A DNA stretch of 64,000 nt from Callorhinchus milii (lineage: Eukaryota): the NCBI RefSeq assembly GCF_018977255.1, contig NW_024704758.1, positions 5,642,001-5,706,000 of the forward strand. Reading direction: 5' to 3'. Shown in pieces: positions 62,138 through 64,000 of the stretch (position 1 is the stretch's first letter; every line of letters begins with the position of its first letter). The notes under the pieces were generated by a model that worked only from the letters and a program-made list of their open reading frames with translations, searched no databases and was not told where the DNA came from. The translations under genes and the position numbers were made by a program.

Positions 62138-64000
62138 AGAACAATCGCTGCCTTTGAGACAGCGCCTTATCCCGTCTTTGAGACGTCTCAAAGCGCTTCA
62201 AAGGATACACTGTGGAATGAGTTGACTGTATATTTTGTGGGCGAAACGCGGCGGCTAATTGCACACGGCAGCTTCCCACGAACAGTCGTGCATCGAGCGA
62301 CCAAATTATTTATTTTGGAAGGGATTATTACCCCCGGAAAAGTGATCCCCCGATCGACTAACAACCGGGTTCCTACACACTGGAAGCTCAACAGAGCCAC
62401 GTTGAGTAAGCACGGTCAGTAAGTTGAGATTCACGACCACGAGGTGAATGATCAATTAACCTGGAGGATTGAAACATAGAAGAGGGTTGTGGTGGACACC
62501 GGCTTTTGCCCCGACACTGTCCTGAGGGACCACAACAACAAAATATCATAGTGCCTTTCAAGTCAGGAGGACATCCCAAGGTGCTGGACAGTCAGGGATC
62601 TGCACCCGAGCTGGTAGCTGCGATCAGGAGGGGTGAAAGGCGGGGAGGGTAGGTGTGGCCGATGACATGGTCAAAGAGGAGGGTCTTGAAAGAGGCAAGA
62701 GAGGGGTTGAGGTAGAGGAACCGTGGGATGGAGTTTCAGAGGGTGGGGGCAGTGAGGCTGATGGCCTTCATGTCATTGGTGAGGTGGACAAGGCGGGGGA
62801 CGTGAAGCAGGCTGGAGCCCACTGAGCAGCGGGAACGGATAGGTTTAGAGAGGGTTAAGAGGTCACAGAGGTAGGGAGGACCGTCCTGAGCGAAGGGCAC
62901 TCTGGTTGTTCTCATCTCTCTTGAACATCCAATGCATGTCAAACTTTTAGCGTGTAGGACATGTGTCCAAAACATTTCCCCTTTATGGTTCTGTACCTCT
63001 GGGGATTAGTGTGGAGAGGCTTCCTCTGGCCCATTTGCAAAATCAGGATCAAGGAATGAGATGGATTTGAGATAAACAGAGGCTGTCAGTAAGGAAGGTT
63101 CCAGCCTACGCTTACCTGCCACTGGGCACAGTGGAGGCAGAGTGATCTTCGCAGCACACCAATTTTACGCTTCCTCACATGAGGACCTGCAATAAACAGT
63201 TGATGCTGAGTAAGACAGGTGACAGGAGTTGGATAGCATTGGACTTGGCTGATACATCACATGCTGTTCTGTGAAGCGCTCTGAGACGCTACAATCTGTG
63301 GAGGAAGCTATGAAAGTGCAAGTTGTTGTAAAGGTCTTCGCCCTGAACTGAAGACAGGTATCCATCAGATAGATGATGAGAAAACTCTCAGCTTAGGGTG
63401 ACAACTGCTGGAAGGCATTACCTGGAATTTGAGTTTGTGAACAAACGTTCATATATATCCAGGGCTTGAAATCCACCATGATTGGTACGTAGAGAGGTAA
63501 GCTGCTGCTGCTCAAGCTCTGACCTCCAAACTGGCGGAACCATTACTCGATGTGTGTCTGTGCTGTGGACAGGAAGATGGTGGCAATGCTCTTGATGCAT
63601 TTCATGCTGAGCTGTGCTGCTCCCTCAGAGCAAAGAGTTCCTGCTCCCTGCCATCCACCTTGCGAGGGCTCAAACTCATGCTTGTCAGTTAGTGACTGTC
63701 CTCCTGAAAGTGGCTCCAAGGTGACTTGTTGGCAACAGAATGTCGGAATTCAGTCAACCCTCTGCGGTGGTCTGAGTCGTGCAGATCCTGAGCCAGGTGG
63801 GTCTGCAGTATTCCGTGGAACTGCTGTTGACAGCCCAGACAGCCTGCTTTATAAGTAAGACTTTGAGGGGCAGTCCAGATAGTGGGGAAGGGATTCTTCC
63901 CACTCAGCTGTTTTTAACCCCGCAAGCCAGAGCCTTCATGGGTACGATGGTCCAAGTTGGACAAGCAGTGGGAAGCCTGCCAGACGGCATTTCAATGGCA

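Noticed and set aside
63550-63858. 102-aa plus-strand ORF at the window end
   Set aside because: No domain motif or splice context recognisable.

Overview
Eukaryotic (vertebrate) genomic DNA, probably from a cartilaginous fish; that taxon is inferred from the repeat content (tRNA-headed Deu-type SINEs with (TAA)n tails, L2 and CR1 LINE fragments, a Penelope-type terminal repeat). The window holds a tandem cluster of three multi-exon B7-family genes, all on the minus strand, with NCR3LG1/B7-H6-like V+C1 ectodomains. Exons were reconstructed by hand from AG/GT sites. All internal exons are phase 1-1 with lengths divisible by 3. Gene A (ATG 61483): leader, V, C1+TM, then up to 8 Ig-like exons of 138-144 codons after the transmembrane segment, and a short terminal exon that is itself duplicated. 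Gene B (ATG 31477): an almost identical leader, no V exon, C1+TM, then 5 such post-TM Ig-like exons. Gene C (ATG 13647): leader, V, C1, TM, then an array of small exons encoding a charged low-complexity tail. The main observation is that the post-TM domains are C1-set-derived but all 13 have lost the canonical disulfide pair (F-strand Cys lost in 13/13, B-strand Cys replaced by Trp in 11/13). This fits a roughly 1000-aa cytoplasmic array of Ig-like domains on an apparently interferon-inducible B7-H6-like membrane protein. The arrays are expanding by tandem duplication and leave readable breakpoints and dead splice sites. Topology, splicing and novelty are inferences that need RNA-seq, structure prediction and a literature check.
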